From the NCBI RefSeq assembly GCF_023055435.1, contig NW_025963813.1:27714001-27778000 (forward strand): a stretch of 64,000 nt of DNA, in the 5' to 3' direction. Numbering within the stretch: the stretch's first letter is position 1; each line of letters starts with the position of its first letter. A program made the translations under genes and the position numbers. This stretch comes from Haliotis rufescens. Lineage: Eukaryota. Of the stretch, positions 1 through 12,749 are shown in pieces. The notes under the pieces are model-generated. The model worked only from the letters and a program-made list of their open reading frames with translations, was not told the DNA's origin and made no database searches.

Positions 1-166
1 ACTCTAATCTTTTCACCGTTACAGATTTGGTTTTACGCCACATCAGTTCATGTGCTAACAGTACCTGTAAAAAGTTTAGAATATTTGGCATTATCTGGTT
101 TGAAACAGTTGAGTATAGTGAGTGGCTACATTTACACTGGTGAGTCTAAACTTTTGATGGGTAGTA
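1..166. mobile_element. Possible terminal part of a Tc1/mariner-like element cut by the window edge
   Basis: Ends ...gtgagtctaaacttttgatgggtagta followed by TA, resembling the TIR ends of the other Tc1 elements here; the partner end is not in the window. Confidence 0.3.
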
Positions 167-186
167 TATTTCATGTCTATTATATA

Positions 187-1727
187 TACTGAAACAAATT
201 AAAAATTCACAATCCTAACATTTTAACATTTTGACCAGTTATCATTGTGGGCCCTTATTGTGTATTTAAACACTAATGGCCACCTATTGTCTTCAGATAA
301 CACCCGTTTTTGTGCAGGTGAATCGATCAAAATCATGTGCACAGCACTATGGTGGCAAAAGTGTTTTTTCACGTGCAACTGGTCATGTGGCCATAATACC
401 GCACGTGTTTTCAGCCATACTTGTAAGCAGTCATTAACAAAAAAAGAAAAACACAAGAAAGCAAAAGTCTTTACGGCCATTTGTCATGCCACGTCTTTCA
501 AAAATGTGCAACGTGAACTTGCCATCGGCATGTTGCAGACGGGAACGTCCGTAGCTGAAGTCGCAAGGACGATGGGTTGTAGTCGACGGACTGTTTATTA
601 TTTACAGACGCATCTACAGCAAACGGGTACCACCGCTGATCGCCCTCAGCCAGGTCGACCACGTGTGACGTCGCATGCAGAGGATCGTCAGATTGTCTTA
701 CGTCACCTCCGTAACCGATTTTTGACGGCTACACCAACCAGAAATGAACTGTTTAGGGGTAGACTGAGTGCGCAAACTGTTTGAAACCGTTTGAGAACTG
801 CTCACCTTCAAGCACGACGGCCATACTGCAGGCCGATTCTGACTCAATTACACAGACGTCAACGTCAATGTCAATTGTGGGCACAGCGACACTTACGATG
901 GACTCAGAGGAATTGCAATCAAGTCGTCTTTAGTGATGAATCCCGATTTAATCTTCGATTTGCTGATGGTAGGGCGAGTGTGTGGAGGCGCCGTCATGAA
1001 CGTTACGCCCAGTGTTGTGTACAGGAAGTTGACAGTTTTCGAGGCGGAAGTGTCATGGTGTGGGATGCTTTCTGTGGCAATGCACGTTCCAGGCTTCTTG
1101 TCATCCGTGGCAACCTCAACGCTGCTGCTTACCACGAACAGGTACTGGCACCAGAACTTCTGCCTTTTATGGCAGCACGTGGACCCGGTTTGATCGTCCA
1201 ACACGACTATGCCAGACCCCACACAGTAATTTTGACAACGAATTTCCTTCAGAATGCGGGAGTCAACGTCATGGACTGGCCGTCAAGGTCTCCCGACTTC
1301 AATCCCATCGAACACGTCTGGGCTGCTCTTGGCAGGAGTCTGCGCACTCTCCAGGACCAACCACTGAATTTGCAAGATCTTGGCACCATTTTACAGCAAC
1401 AATGGCGTCGTCTTCCCAATCATGTGTTCACAAGCATCACAAGGTCCATGCGGAGGCGTTGTGTGGCAGTTGTCAACGCACATGGTGGCCATACACGCTA
1501 CTGAACTTGTGTGCCATCAGATTCTCGTGCTTGGGACTTATGATTTAAACTGTTGATGTTATTACCGAATACCGTAGGTGCTTGGAACAAATTATGGTTA
1601 CCACCGTTAATTAAAATCCTTCTTTGGACATTAATGATTACAAATTACCTTCTCTGATACATTTGTCCGTTGTATATCATATATGGGATTACTTTTAAAA
1701 ATGTGAAGTTTTTAATTTGACTCAGTA
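187..1727 (+). mobile_element. Tc1/mariner DNA transposon (DD34E), full length but disrupted
   Basis: TIRs tactgaaacaaattaaaaattcaca / tgtgaagtttttaatttgactcagta with TA flanks. Transposase from ATG 486 (MPRLS...) to 1504 with HTH, SGRP-like PGRPRVT, FSDESRF, VMVW, WPSRSPDFNPIEHVW, GGHTRY; early frameshift and stop at 782-784. Confidence 0.92.
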
Positions 1728-1890
1728 TATATTGTAAAAAAATATACATGATCTATATATCCTTCAGATAATGGTTCCAAGGCTGCAAGAAACTAGGTTG
1801 ACGTGGTGACATAGTACAGCTGTATGTCTTATCTCCTTCCCAGTCCACCACGTCTGTGATAGTGAAAAACATTCACCAAAAAAGGCAGCC

Positions 1891-3435
1891 ATGTTGTGGC
1901 ACCGCTTGACGGTTGTGCTGATTCTAGTAAGTACACACGTCCATTGCAAAAGGAAAAATGTATTATTTCTTGTGGCAGATGACATGAGACCAGATCTGGA
2001 TGTATATCAAGGAAGGGACTCTCCCTCCCCCGTCAGAGAGAAGGTCCACGCCCCAAACTTGAACTCTCTGGCAGGGAAGAGCCTTCTCCTCCGTCGTGCT
2101 TACGTCCAGCAGTCAGTGTGTTCCCCTAGCCGCACCTCCCTCCTTACTGGGCGCCGTCCTGACACCACCCACGTGTACGACCTTCACACCTACTGGAGGA
2201 AGGCTGCTGGCAACTTCACAACCTTACCCGAGTACTTCAAAAGACATGGCTACAATACCCTAGGCTTTGGGAAGATCTTCCATCCCGGAGGTGCATCGGG
2301 AGATAATGATCCATTGTCATGGTCGGAGCCATGCTATGAAACCAGACCAAAGGTGAATAGCTTTGCTGATGATGGGAATTCATGGCGCGCGGTACCAACG
2401 TCTCTCTTAAACAGCAATTCCCTTCAAGACACCGTCACTACAGACATGGCAATTCAGAAGTTGAAGTCCATTGCACCGAAAGCTCGATCTGGACAGGAAC
2501 CCTTCTTTTTAGCAGTTGGTTATCACAAGCCACATCTTCCATTTGTCTTCCCGGAGAAGTTTCTAAGCTACTACCCAGATCAATCCATTCACGTACCTCC
2601 AAATCAGTACGCCCCTCTGGACATGCCCTCTCTCGCTTGGATCACGTACCCGGAGCTGAGGCATTACAAAGACATTGCTGCTCTGAATGCAACAGGGGCG
2701 CCCAATACAACCCTGCCAGCCAATGTAGTAAAGAACCTGAGACGAGCCTACTACAGCTGCATCTCCTACATTGATGAGGAACTGGGAAGGGTCCTAGCAG
2801 AACTGGAACACCAAGGCCTGGCAAATGACACAATCATATCCTTCTTTGGGGACCATGGATGGCAGTTAGGTTAACACGGGTTGTGGACCAAACACACCAA
2901 CTTCGACATAGCTACCCATGCCCCTATGATGATACATATTCCCGGACTCACCGACCAAGGAATACCGACAGAAGAGCTTGTAGAGTTTGTGGACCTGTTC
3001 CCTACACTGGTTGAGGCAGCTGGTCTGCCGTCTCTTCACGTCTGTCCTGAAGATTCCTCCAAGGTGGACGTGTGCACAGAAGGACAGAGCTTCCTCCCTT
3101 TGATCAAGCAGCCCAAAACTGATAATTGGAAGAAGGCTGCCTTTTCCCAATATCCAAGACACTCCGGTGGTCGCCACAAGCTGATGGGTTACTCGATGAC
3201 GACCGGTCATTATCGCTACACCGAGTGGGTCGGATTTGATGCTACTCATTACAAACCCAAGTGGTCAGTGTCTTCTGGTGCGGAGCTGTATGACCATTAT
3301 CAGGATCCACAAGAGAACATCAACTTGGTTCATGACCCTGCCCACAAAGACCTGGTGGTCAAGCTCAGCCATCGTCTTCACGCAGGATGGAGGCATGAAT
3401 TGACCACTCAACATGTACCGTCTATTATTGGGTAA
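1891..3435 (+). pseudogene. IDS: Iduronate-2-sulfatase-like sulfatase, copy 1 (intronless, one premature stop)
   Basis: Signal peptide, NVLFLVADDMRP, VCSPSRTSLLTGR, GKIFH, GYHKPHLPF, GDHGWQLG. TAA at 2872-2874 replaces the conserved Glu of GWQLGEHG and the same frame continues to SIIG* at 3435. AATAAA at 3445-3450. Confidence 0.85.
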
Positions 3436-3625
3436 CGTTCGAGGAATAAATAACTGAAACTGGTTTCTAGGTTTTTCTATATTAGTAGTAGAAAGACATG
3501 CGTGAGTGAGTGAGTTTGGATTAATGGCGCTTTGAACAGTAGTTCAGTTATATCATGGTGTGACATTTTGATGTGGGAGACCCGAAGCGATGCAAGTCTT
3601 TGTCTTTTAACACTTGATTGATCAA

Positions 3626-3785
3626 GTGAGTCAGTTGGTTTTACACGCTTTTAGCAATACTCCAGCAGTACCACTGCGGGGGACACCAGAAATGGGGTTC
3701 ACACATTGTACCTGTGTCAGGAATCGAACCCGGGTCCGCGGCGTGACGAGCGAATGCTTTAACCACTAGCCTACCCATCCGCCCC
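3626..3785 (-). mobile_element. tRNA-derived SINE, family A
   Basis: Reverse complement of the A-box/B-box head plus body and (ACTC)n tail seen at 7875. Confidence 0.85.
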
Positions 3786-4017
3786 ATAACTTGAATGAAA
3801 TCCACGAGCACAGGTATGATGCTGGCAGTAATAAATGAGGTGAGGTGTTAAACGTCGTATTCAGTAGTGTTACACTAACATACGCTGATTCGAGATTCGA
3901 GATTCAGATAGTTTTGTAATAACCATGCTCGAAATTACATTTTCGATGTCAGTGATGAAATAATAATGACACAAAAATAAGTGATTTCTCAAATGAACAG
4001 ATTTAATACAATACCGT

Positions 4018-5547
4018 TCAACCTATAATGCTTCCGCCATGACCACCCGTCATCTCGGCTCTCCATCCAGCATGTAGCTGCTTCCTCAACTGGCCGCGAA
4101 GTCCTTGTTGGGCAGCATGGCGCGCTATGTTGTGATTCTCCTCAGGATCATTCAGATGGTCGTACAGCTCCACTCCATGAAGCTGGTCCCACTGAGGCAT
4201 GTAGTGGGGCTTGCTGAGGAACGTCACCCATTCAGTGTAGCGATACCTGTCCGTGGTGATCGTGTAGCCCATGGCTGGCTTGTGGTTATACCCTCGTGGG
4301 TACTGCGAGAAGGCTGCGGTCTTCCACGAGGGCAGATTTGGGTGCTGCAGCAGAGGAACTAGACTCCTTCCTTCTGTGCAGGCGTGAGTTGAGGACGAGT
4401 CTACTTGACACGTAGGCAGTGTGGGAAGACCTGCTGCTTCTACTAGAGTTGGGAACAGGTCTACAAACTCTGTCAGCTTTGTTGTGCTCATCCCATGGTC
4501 CGTCATCCCTGGGACGTGGATCATAAGAGGCGAGTGGGTGGCGATGTCAAAATTGGTGTGTTTGCACCATTCACCGTGTTCTCCTAACTGCCAGCCATGA
4601 TCGCCGAAAAATGACACAATCGTGTTGTCAGCTAGACCTTGCTTCTCCAGTGCATCTAGAACCTTCCCGAGTTCAAAGTCCATGAAGCTAACAGCGCTGT
4701 AGTAGGCTCTGCGTAGTTGTTTAACCACCTGGTCAGGCAAGGTCGTGTTTGGGTTGCCGGATGCATTCAGTCGGGCTATGTCAGTGTAGTGCCTCAGTTC
4801 ATTATATGATGTCCAGGCAATATGAGGCATGCCGTCAGGAGCTTGAGGGTTGGGTGGAAGATGGATGGAGTCTTCTGGGTAATAATCCAGAAAGCGAGCT
4901 GGGAATTGGAACGGCAAATGGGGCTTGTGGAACCCAACTGCTAGGAAGAAATTCTCTCCATTCTTTGCCTTTTGGGTGATGTTTTTAATGACTTGCACTG
5001 CATGGTTGGCTATCATCGTGTCCTGCAGGACATGCTGGCTGTCCAAAAGATTATCCGGTACTGCTTTCCAACTTGACCCGTCTCTAAGGTAATTATTTGC
5101 TTGATGGGCATCAAAATATTTCTCAGACCACGAGGAAGGATCATTTCCTCCTGAACCCACGCCCGGGTGGAATATTTTACCAACTCCAATGCTGTGGTAG
5201 CCGTGGTTCTTGAAGAACTGGGGAATGGTCGTGAAGTTGCCGGCAGCGTGTCTAAAGTAGGTGTCAAGGTCATACACGTGGGTGGTGTCAGGACGGCGCC
5301 CAGTCAGCAGGGAGGTGCGGCTCGGGGAACATAGAGCCTGCTGGGCATATGCCCTCTTGAAGACCATGCTTTTACTGGCGAGGCCTGCTAGATTCGGGGC
5401 GTGAATTGGTGGATGGACTGGAGATGGAAAGTAGGGACCATTGTACATGGGCAGCTCTGGACGCAGGTCATCGGCGCACAGGAACAAGACGTTCATCCGG
5501 GCGCTGACGCAGGAGATGAAGCAGACGACATATATTCCAAGCTCCAT
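4018..5547 (-). CDS. IDS: Iduronate-2-sulfatase-like sulfatase, copy 2 (intact, intronless, ~509 aa)
   Basis: Start chosen at MELGIYVVCFISCVSA (signal peptide). NVLFLCADDLRP, LCSPSRTSLLTGR, GFHKPHLPF, GDHGWQLGEHGEWCKHTNF, ELYDH..DPEEN; no stops. Confidence 0.92.
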   Translation of the reverse strand: MELGIYVVCFISCVSARMNVLFLCADDLRPELPMYNGPYFPSPVHPPIHAPNLAGLASKSMVFKRAYAQQALCSPSRTSLLTGRRPDTTHVYDLDTYFRHAAGNFTTIPQFFKNHGYHSIGVGKIFHPGVGSGGNDPSSWSEKYFDAHQANNYLRDGSSWKAVPDNLLDSQHVLQDTMIANHAVQVIKNITQKAKNGENFFLAVGFHKPHLPFQFPARFLDYYPEDSIHLPPNPQAPDGMPHIAWTSYNELRHYTDIARLNASGNPNTTLPDQVVKQLRRAYYSAVSFMDFELGKVLDALEKQGLADNTIVSFFGDHGWQLGEHGEWCKHTNFDIATHSPLMIHVPGMTDHGMSTTKLTEFVDLFPTLVEAAGLPTLPTCQVDSSSTHACTEGRSLVPLLQHPNLPSWKTAAFSQYPRGYNHKPAMGYTITTDRYRYTEWVTFLSKPHYMPQWDQLHGVELYDHLNDPEENHNIARHAAQQGLRGQLRKQLHAGWRAEMTGGHGGSIIG

Positions 5548-5931
5548 GTTTGAGTCTTTTCTGTTGTTGGACGATTTAATTTTTGACAGGTTTAAGATTA
5601 CAACCCGTGTTTCAGTCAAACAAGACCATATATAATCCTTGTCACGATATAGGAGTGTCTTGTGCCGAACACAAAAGTAGGACACGTGTCTGGATACGTA
5701 CGAACTGATAACGTCGACAGTGTTCCTGCAACATGTAGGTGGTACAAATGAACTCAGTTATAAGGTCAGTTAAGTCAGTTATTAGGTTAGGAGATTATTC
5801 AGAATATGTTTGATTCCTCAGATATTATCTTATTTGACTTACTTTGATGAGCTCAAACTAAAATATATTATTGTTTTGCAATGTTAATTGACTGATTGTT
5901 TTATATAGTTTGTTGATATACTCCCAACCAA

Positions 5932-6805
5932 GAAGTCATTTGAGAGAGAGAGAGAGAGATAGAGAGAGAGAAAAGAGAGAGAGAGAGATAGAGAGAGAGA
6001 AAAGAGAGAGAGTGAGAGCGAGAAGGGATAGAGAAAAGGGGAGAAAGAGTGGAGAGCGCGAACGAGATCGAGTGGAAAGAGAGAGAGCGAGATAAGGGAG
6101 ATGGAGGGTGGATAGAGAGAGAGAGAAATAGAGAGAAAGAGAGGGCGACAGAGGGGAGAGAAGGGGAGATAGAGAGTGGAGAGAGAGAAGGGAGAGAGAC
6201 AGATGCTGTGACTGAAGGGAACTAAGTCATTTGAGAGAGAGAGAGAGAGAGAAGGGAGATAACTAGAGAGCGTGTGAAAGCGAGAAGAGAGCGATTAAAT
6301 GGGAGAGAGCGAAAGAGAGCGAGAGGAAAGAGAGCGGGAGAGTGAAGGGGCATATAGAGGGTGGAGAGCAGAAGAGAGAGAAAGAGAGAAGGGAGATAGG
6401 GAATGGAAATAGCGCGAGTGAGAGGAGAGAGGGCGAGGGAGAGAAGGGAGTTAGAGAATGAGGAGAGCGAGAGAGAGCGAAAGAGAGAGAAGGAGATAGA
6501 GCGAGAGTGAGAGAGAGGGGAGAGAGAAAGAGAGAGGGAGATAGAGAGTGGAGAGAGCGAGAGAGAGAGTGTGTGTGTGGAGAGAGAGAAAAGGGAGATA
6601 GAGGGTGGAGAGCGAGAGAGGGCGAGAGGTGAGAGAGAGAGAAAAGGGAGATAGATAATTGAAATAGCGAGTGAGAGGAGAGAGGGCGAGAGAGAGAAGG
6701 GAGTTAGAGAATGGGGAGAGCGAGAGAGAAGGCGATAGAGAGAGAAGGGGAGATAGAGTGGAGAGAGCGAGAAAGAGAGAAGGAGAGGGGGAGATAGAGA
6801 GTGAG
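5932..6805 (+). repeat. Degenerate (GA)n polypurine tract with internal block duplication
   Basis: ~870 bp almost entirely A/G on the + strand; aagtcatttgagagagag occurs at both 5932 and 6224. Confidence 0.95.
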
Positions 6806-7874
6806 AACTAACACGACGATGGACCGTTGGGCCTCCCAAGGCCAACATTCACCATTTAATTTGGCATTAACATTAACAATAATAGCCATGTGTATATGGA
6901 TATGAAAGTGTGATGCGACGTTCAGTGCTCCAGACCACAGGACCAATCGTGACCTCGGGAGGAGAGAAAGTAAGTCTGAACGAGGGATGGAGACAGAGCA
7001 GACAAAGGAGAAATGCACGTACTAGAAACAACGGAGGTTAGCGTATGTGCATATGTTGTTTGCACAAAGGATGATTTAGTGAGCTTGGGAAAGTCCGTCG
7101 GTCTTTGTTTGATATAATAATTGTTTGAATTTATTGTAATATCATTCGTAATTGTGTAGTATATATACCCTTGATATTTGGACACATACTTATCTAATGC
7201 ATGTATTTCAAAATTTTAAAATGTATCAACCATGTATCTTTGCCCAAGAACATTCGCATAATTAAAACCCTTGTAAAGTTAGAAGGAAGTCGGTAATTTC
7301 AGTACCTATTACAATTAAAAGAAATGGATTGGAAATACGGTGTGATAAAATATTTATTGGGGTCTCAACTTTGAATTTATGCTTCGAAATGTCTGAAATT
7401 CGGTCATAGCATTCATGACAATGTGCATACGACTTGTGCATAGGACAATAAACGATGATCATATGTTTCAAAGGTGTAGTTTAGGATGAATTTCACGCCC
7501 AAAGTAAGTTCTTATCAGAAGCGTACATAAATGTCATCGCATGCTTTTTCAATTGTATTTGCGGTTATTTCAATTGTGTTCAATGGCTTTTGGTCCTGTG
7601 TCAGGCATACCATCTGTATAGCACATCGACCATGTGCTGATTATCCACACTATTTTTTTTAAGAGCACTTATAGCAGTCAGAAGATTCGTACATTTCAAG
7701 TTGAAAGAAATAAAATAATATCTGCATTTTTACCAAACGGTGCACTGTCAAGGTGTCTTCATAGAGTTTGGAGTCAGAAAATATACTGAAAAAAACCCAT
7801 TAGAACGATGCTTACATTACGTTGTCATGGTATCAAACACCTATGTGGTTTGAGTTTTGCGTCTTTTCTTAATA

Positions 7875-8044
7875 GGGGCGGTCGGGTAGCTTAATGGTTA
7901 AAGCGTTCGCTCGTCACGCCGAAGACCCGGGCTCGATTCCCGACATGGGTACAATGTGTGAAGCCCATTTCTTGTGTCCCCCGCCGTGATATTGCTTGAA
8001 TATTGCTAAAAGCGGCGTAAAACCGTACTCACTCACTCACTCAC
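7875..8044 (+). mobile_element. tRNA-derived SINE, family A (full length)
   Basis: A box gggtagcttaatggttaaagc, B box gggctcgattccc, body, tail gcggcgtaaaacc(actc)n; target-site duplication ttttcttaata / ttttctttata. Confidence 0.9.
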
Positions 8045-8230
8045 TTTTCTTTATATCTTTGAACGAAATCGTACAACATCTTACTTTCGACAATTATTTG
8101 CCTCTGTTATGTTACCATGGTAACCTTTTCGGTTGAGTCCTGATATATATTGTACCTAAATACCACATGTGAACGAAATCTCTAAATATCGGCCACTCAG
8201 CTCTGCAGAGGCAGCTTTTACGTTGCCATG

Positions 8231-8522
8231 GAGTGAGTGAGTGAGTGAGTGAGTGTGTGAGTGAGTTAGTTAGTTTAACGCCACTTTTAAGAGTATTCCA
8301 GTTATATCATGGCGTGTCAGCTTAATGTGAGAGGAAAGACCAAAGTGATGCAGGTCTCAGACGTTTACCACCTCATTGAAACCCACGAACACGGGTATGG
8401 TGCTGACAAACCTAGGAACCGGGATTCGAACCCACAATCATAGGTTTCTGGCGTGCCCAAGGGACGCAACTCTGCACAGCGAATCGCGGCGCCTTAGACG
8501 ACTGGGCCACCCGTACCCACCG
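8231..8522 (-). mobile_element. tRNA-derived SINE, family B
   Basis: Reverse complement of family B; TSD cgttgccatg at 8221 and 8523. Confidence 0.88.
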
Positions 8523-9435
8523 CGTTGCCATGAAAGAAAGGTGGAAACTTTATCATATTCTATTGTGTCCAAAGAGACGTTGTTGAGATGTATCAGTAAT
8601 GAGAAGGTGCAGTGCACTTACACAAGCTCCATGGCTCTTCTACATGTCGTTTCTTAGAAAACATCAAGGGGAGATATGTACGATATATACCCTATATTTA
8701 AGAAAAAATACATTTAGGACAGTTATTACATTATTAGTTTACATGTAATCCTTAATGTAAAACCTATTACATTGAGATTACTTTATAAATAACAATTTTA
8801 TGTAGGGCAGGACATGCTTACTGATTTTCAGTGATCCATTCATATAATTTCCACTGCTATATTTTGCTTTAACGCACAATGGAATCTGGATAATCGAGAC
8901 TGCTCAATTCAATAACGTAGATGTTTCACATTAGTTGAAAATCGTAAATACATTCCATGGACAATCAAAATGGACAGAGTGTTAGGACCACGCATTACAC
9001 AATCTGGCCTGTTGTCTGACATGAAAGGTTTCCATGCCATGAAGTAACGATAAGGAGACAGGTGCGTGTTCCCAGACATTTGTACAATTTTGTTCATGTC
9101 AAAGTCTGAATTCTTTCAGCCAATCTTTAGATGACCTCAATGTCTGGAAAGCCGATGTCTTTCTTACTGGCATCGACTGCAATTCAGGCTTAGAGGAATG
9201 TGTCGTTTTTGGTGTCAGATATCCATCAGATGCGTTCACCCAACATTGACGTCCTTGCTCGGAAGTGTAGTCTGTGAAAGCTGGACCGTGTTTAGGGTCA
9301 AAGGATGTTTTTAATATTTTTCAAACATGGACATAACACACATACCAACTGATAAGACTCTGCTGTGACGTTCACAGGCCAGAAGATACATAAATCCCTT
9401 CTTGTCAGATGGAACCCAGTGTAACTTTAGACGTT

Positions 9436-11034
9436 ATGATGTTGAGGGTGACTCTTCTGCTGATGGCGGTGACTGCCGCCCAGGCTCGCATGAATGTGCT
9501 GTTTTTGGTGTCAGATGACATGAGGCCGGAACTCTCCCATTTTAAAGGAAAAGACTTCCCGAGTCCTGTCTATCCTCCGATGCATTCACCCAACCTTGAC
9601 GCCCATGCTCGAAGGAGTCTTCTGTTAAAGAGAGCCCATGTTCAGCAGGCTGTGTGTTCCCCGAGCAGATCATCTCTCCTCACAGGACGAAGACCGGATA
9701 CTACCCATGTGTATAATTTGCAAGATTACTGGAGAGTTGTGGGAGGTAACTTCACCACCATCCCTCAGTACTTTAAGGAGAACGGCTACAGAACCATTGG
9801 TTCCGGTAAGATATTTCACCCCGGACATGCCTCCAATTACAACGACCCCATATCCTGGACAGACCCATATTTTGATTCCGGACGGGAAGCCAACGCGTTT
9901 GTTTATAAAGAGCATGTTACCTGTTTGAATGTGCCGATGGATTCCTTCGAGAAACCCAGAATGCTGACTTTGCAATAAAAATTATCAGAGCGGCTGGAGA
10001 GCGTCCTTTCTTCATCGCCCAAGGATTCTGTAAACCCCATCTTCCTTTTGTGGCACCACAGAGGTACTTTGACATGTACCCGGAGTCGTCTATCAGTCTC
10101 CCACCAAACCCATACTCTCCTGATAAGATGCCAGAAATTGCATGGTCTCATTATACAGAGCTCAGAATACGCTGACATTGCGAAATTGAATGCTTCTGGA
10201 AACATTTACTCCACACTCCCTAACGATGTTATCCTCAGCTTGAGGAGAGCCTACTACAGCGCCCTCAGCTACACCGACTACGAGCTGGGACGAGTGGTCA
10301 AGGAACTGGAGAACCAAGGACTGGCCAACAACACAATCATCTCCTTCTGGGGCGATCACGGCTGGCAGCTTGGTGAACACGGTGAGTGGTGCAAACACAC
10401 GGACTTTGAAATCGCCACCCACGCCCCTATGATGGTACATGTGCCGGGTCTCACTGACAACGGCATCGTGACGGAAGAACTCACCGAGTTTGTGGATCTG
10501 TTTCCAACTCTAGTCGAAGCTGCAGGTCTTCCTGTGCTTGACTTGTGTCCAGAACACTCTACCAATGTCCTTCTTTGCACCGAAGGCAATAGTTGGATAC
10601 CTCTAATAACAAACCCAGCAAGTCCCAACTGGAAGAAGGCTGTGTTCTCCCAGTACCCTAGGAATGAAAGCAACGGTGATCAAATGGGCTACAGCATGAC
10701 CACCGATCACCACAGATACACAGAGTGGGTCAAATTCAACCCACAACCCCTGTACAGGCCAGACTGGACCCAAGTGTTTGGTGTGGAGCTGTATGACCAT
10801 CATCAGGATCCTGAGGAAAACAAGAACCTGGCGTATGATTCCGCCTACAGCGCCTTGGTGGCTCAACTCAACAAACAGCTGCATGCTGGCTCGAAGGCAG
10901 CTAGACCCAAGTGGGAAGGGCAAAAAGGGGAGGAAGATATGTCCACTATTGCTACAATCAGAGCACCTGGTGATATGTGTAATAAAACAATTGTTTGCTA
11001 TTTAACGCCGCACTCGACAATATTAAAGCCATAA
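9436..11034 (+). pseudogene. IDS: Iduronate-2-sulfatase-like sulfatase, copy 3 (frameshifted)
   Basis: Near-identical to copies 4 and 5 with an intact CSPSR motif, but deletions and frameshifts at ~9940-10165. The ancestral stop (aagTAG in copy 4) is aagTGG here, extending the frame to 11034. Confidence 0.88.
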
Positions 11035-11259
11035 CGACGATCCAGTTTTATATGCTTTTTTAATTGCACATACTTTTTCATGCAAATTGGGTTGGTCGCG
11101 GATGCTTACGGTCGCACAGCACGTGCTTACCCTTTTCACTAACACCTAGTGTCATCACTGATTTTCAGTGATCCATTCATATAATTTCCAACTCTGTTTT
11201 GCCTTTTACGCCATATGGGATTTCCTTCATCAGATAAGCCAGACTCCAGCCAGCGTTGA

Positions 11260-11427
11260 CGGGCTGTCGGGTAGCCTAGTGGTTAAAGCGTTCGCTCGTC
11301 ACGCCGAAGACCCGGGTTCGATTCCCGACATGGGTACAATGTGTGAAGCCCATTTCTGGTGTCTCCCGCCGTGATATTACTGGATTATTGCTAAAAGCGG
11401 CGTAAAACCAAACTTACTCACTCACTC
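11260..11427 (+). mobile_element. tRNA-derived SINE, family A
   Basis: Matches the 7875 copy. Confidence 0.88.
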
Positions 11428-11574
11428 GTTTTTTCTATAACAATTAACGTGTCGAGTCTCAGTGAAATGAAATATCACATTGCTGCTTATTACAGTACAT
11501 TGAGAGGGCACGGACAGCCGAGTGGTGTAATAGCAGTAATTAAATGTGCAGAGTTGCGTCCCTTGCCTAGTCCA

Positions 11575-12748
11575 ATGCAATTTGAAATGCACATGGGTTC
11601 CCCATTTTTTGCCCTATAAAAATCCACCCAGATCGGATAACATTCATTCGTTATTGAATTGCTACCACATGCCAAGATTGACAAGAAATCGGCGACACCA
11701 ATCCCTTGGACGATTGCATGCTGGACAAACCGCCCGGCAAGTAGCCAATGCATTTCAAGGCCATGTATAGACCATATACAGGCTCAAGCAACGGTACCAG
11801 ACCACCAACACTACAGATGGCCGACCACGTAGTGGAAGACCAAGGGTCACCATCCGACGTCAGGATCGTTAGATTGTGCGACAGCATCTTCAAGATCGCT
11901 TTGTTACTGCTGCGGAAACTGCTTGACAGACCATGGGGACACACCAGCGACACATAAGTGCGGACGACGTGCGTCGACGATTGACGAGCAGACATCTCCA
12001 CTGTCAGAGGCCACACTGAGGACCCATTGTGACACCACGTCATCGCCGGGACCGTCTTCAGTGGGCAACACAGCACCAGCTTTGGCGCCACCAGCAGTGG
12101 AGAAGAGTCCTCTTCTCAGACGAGAGCAGATGGCACAGAGAGAGGGCCTGGCGACGCCGTGAGGAACGTTATTCGGATGCTTGTGTTGTTGAGAGAGACT
12201 CGTCGGGTGGTCCGAGCATCATGGTATGGGGTGGAATTGGTCTTGCACAGGGGGTCGGCCCTGTGGTCTTCCAAAACATCGGTCGAGGGAGAGGTAATGG
12301 TGTCACAGCAGCTCGGTACATTGATCAAGTCCACACGCCATATCTCATTTGGCACGTCGCCGCAACCACGAGTTTCAGCATGATAACACCCGTGCCCACA
12401 CTGCGAGAGCAGCAAGAGACTTCCTCCAGCAGAATGGCATCAGAACCATGCAGTGGCCTGCCCTCTGTCCCGATTAAAATCCCATTGAGCACCTGTGGGA
12501 CGAGATTCAAAGACAGCTGAATGACGTCCGACCAGAGTCCTCAGAGTGTGTGCTCAAGTGCCTAAGGCCTTCATCAACCGCCTCATCCATTCCATGTATC
12601 GACGTTGCACGGCAGTCATCAATGAACATAGCGGACACACGAGATATATACTGACTTTTGATGCCATTTTCTTAGACACTAGTGTTGTGTTTCCCTTTAA
12701 GAACATTTGACACTTTAATTTCGACCTTGATGACAGTTTTGCCAAGTT
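11575..12748 (+). mobile_element. Tc1/mariner transposon remnant (both TIRs lost)
   Basis: MPRLTRNRR at 11669, VLFSDESR, MVWGGI, frameshifted WP..S..NPIEHLW, GHTRY; multiple frameshifts. Confidence 0.85.
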
Positions 12749-12749
12749 T

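Noticed and set aside
187-1727. Autonomous active transposase (any Tc1 in the window)
   Set aside because: Every copy has stops, frameshifts or deletions
5548-5685. N-terminal extensions of sulfatase ORFs in the ORF track (also 9409 and 17554)
   Set aside because: Downstream ATGs directly precede signal peptides and align among paralogs
5910-6848. Arg/Glu-rich and Leu/Ser-rich ORFs
   Set aside because: Translations of the (GA)n tract
7875-7950. tRNA gene (Asp-like GTC; also the Leu-like heads of family B)
   Set aside because: Always followed by a shared body, a simple-repeat tail and TSDs, so these are SINE heads rather than tRNA genes
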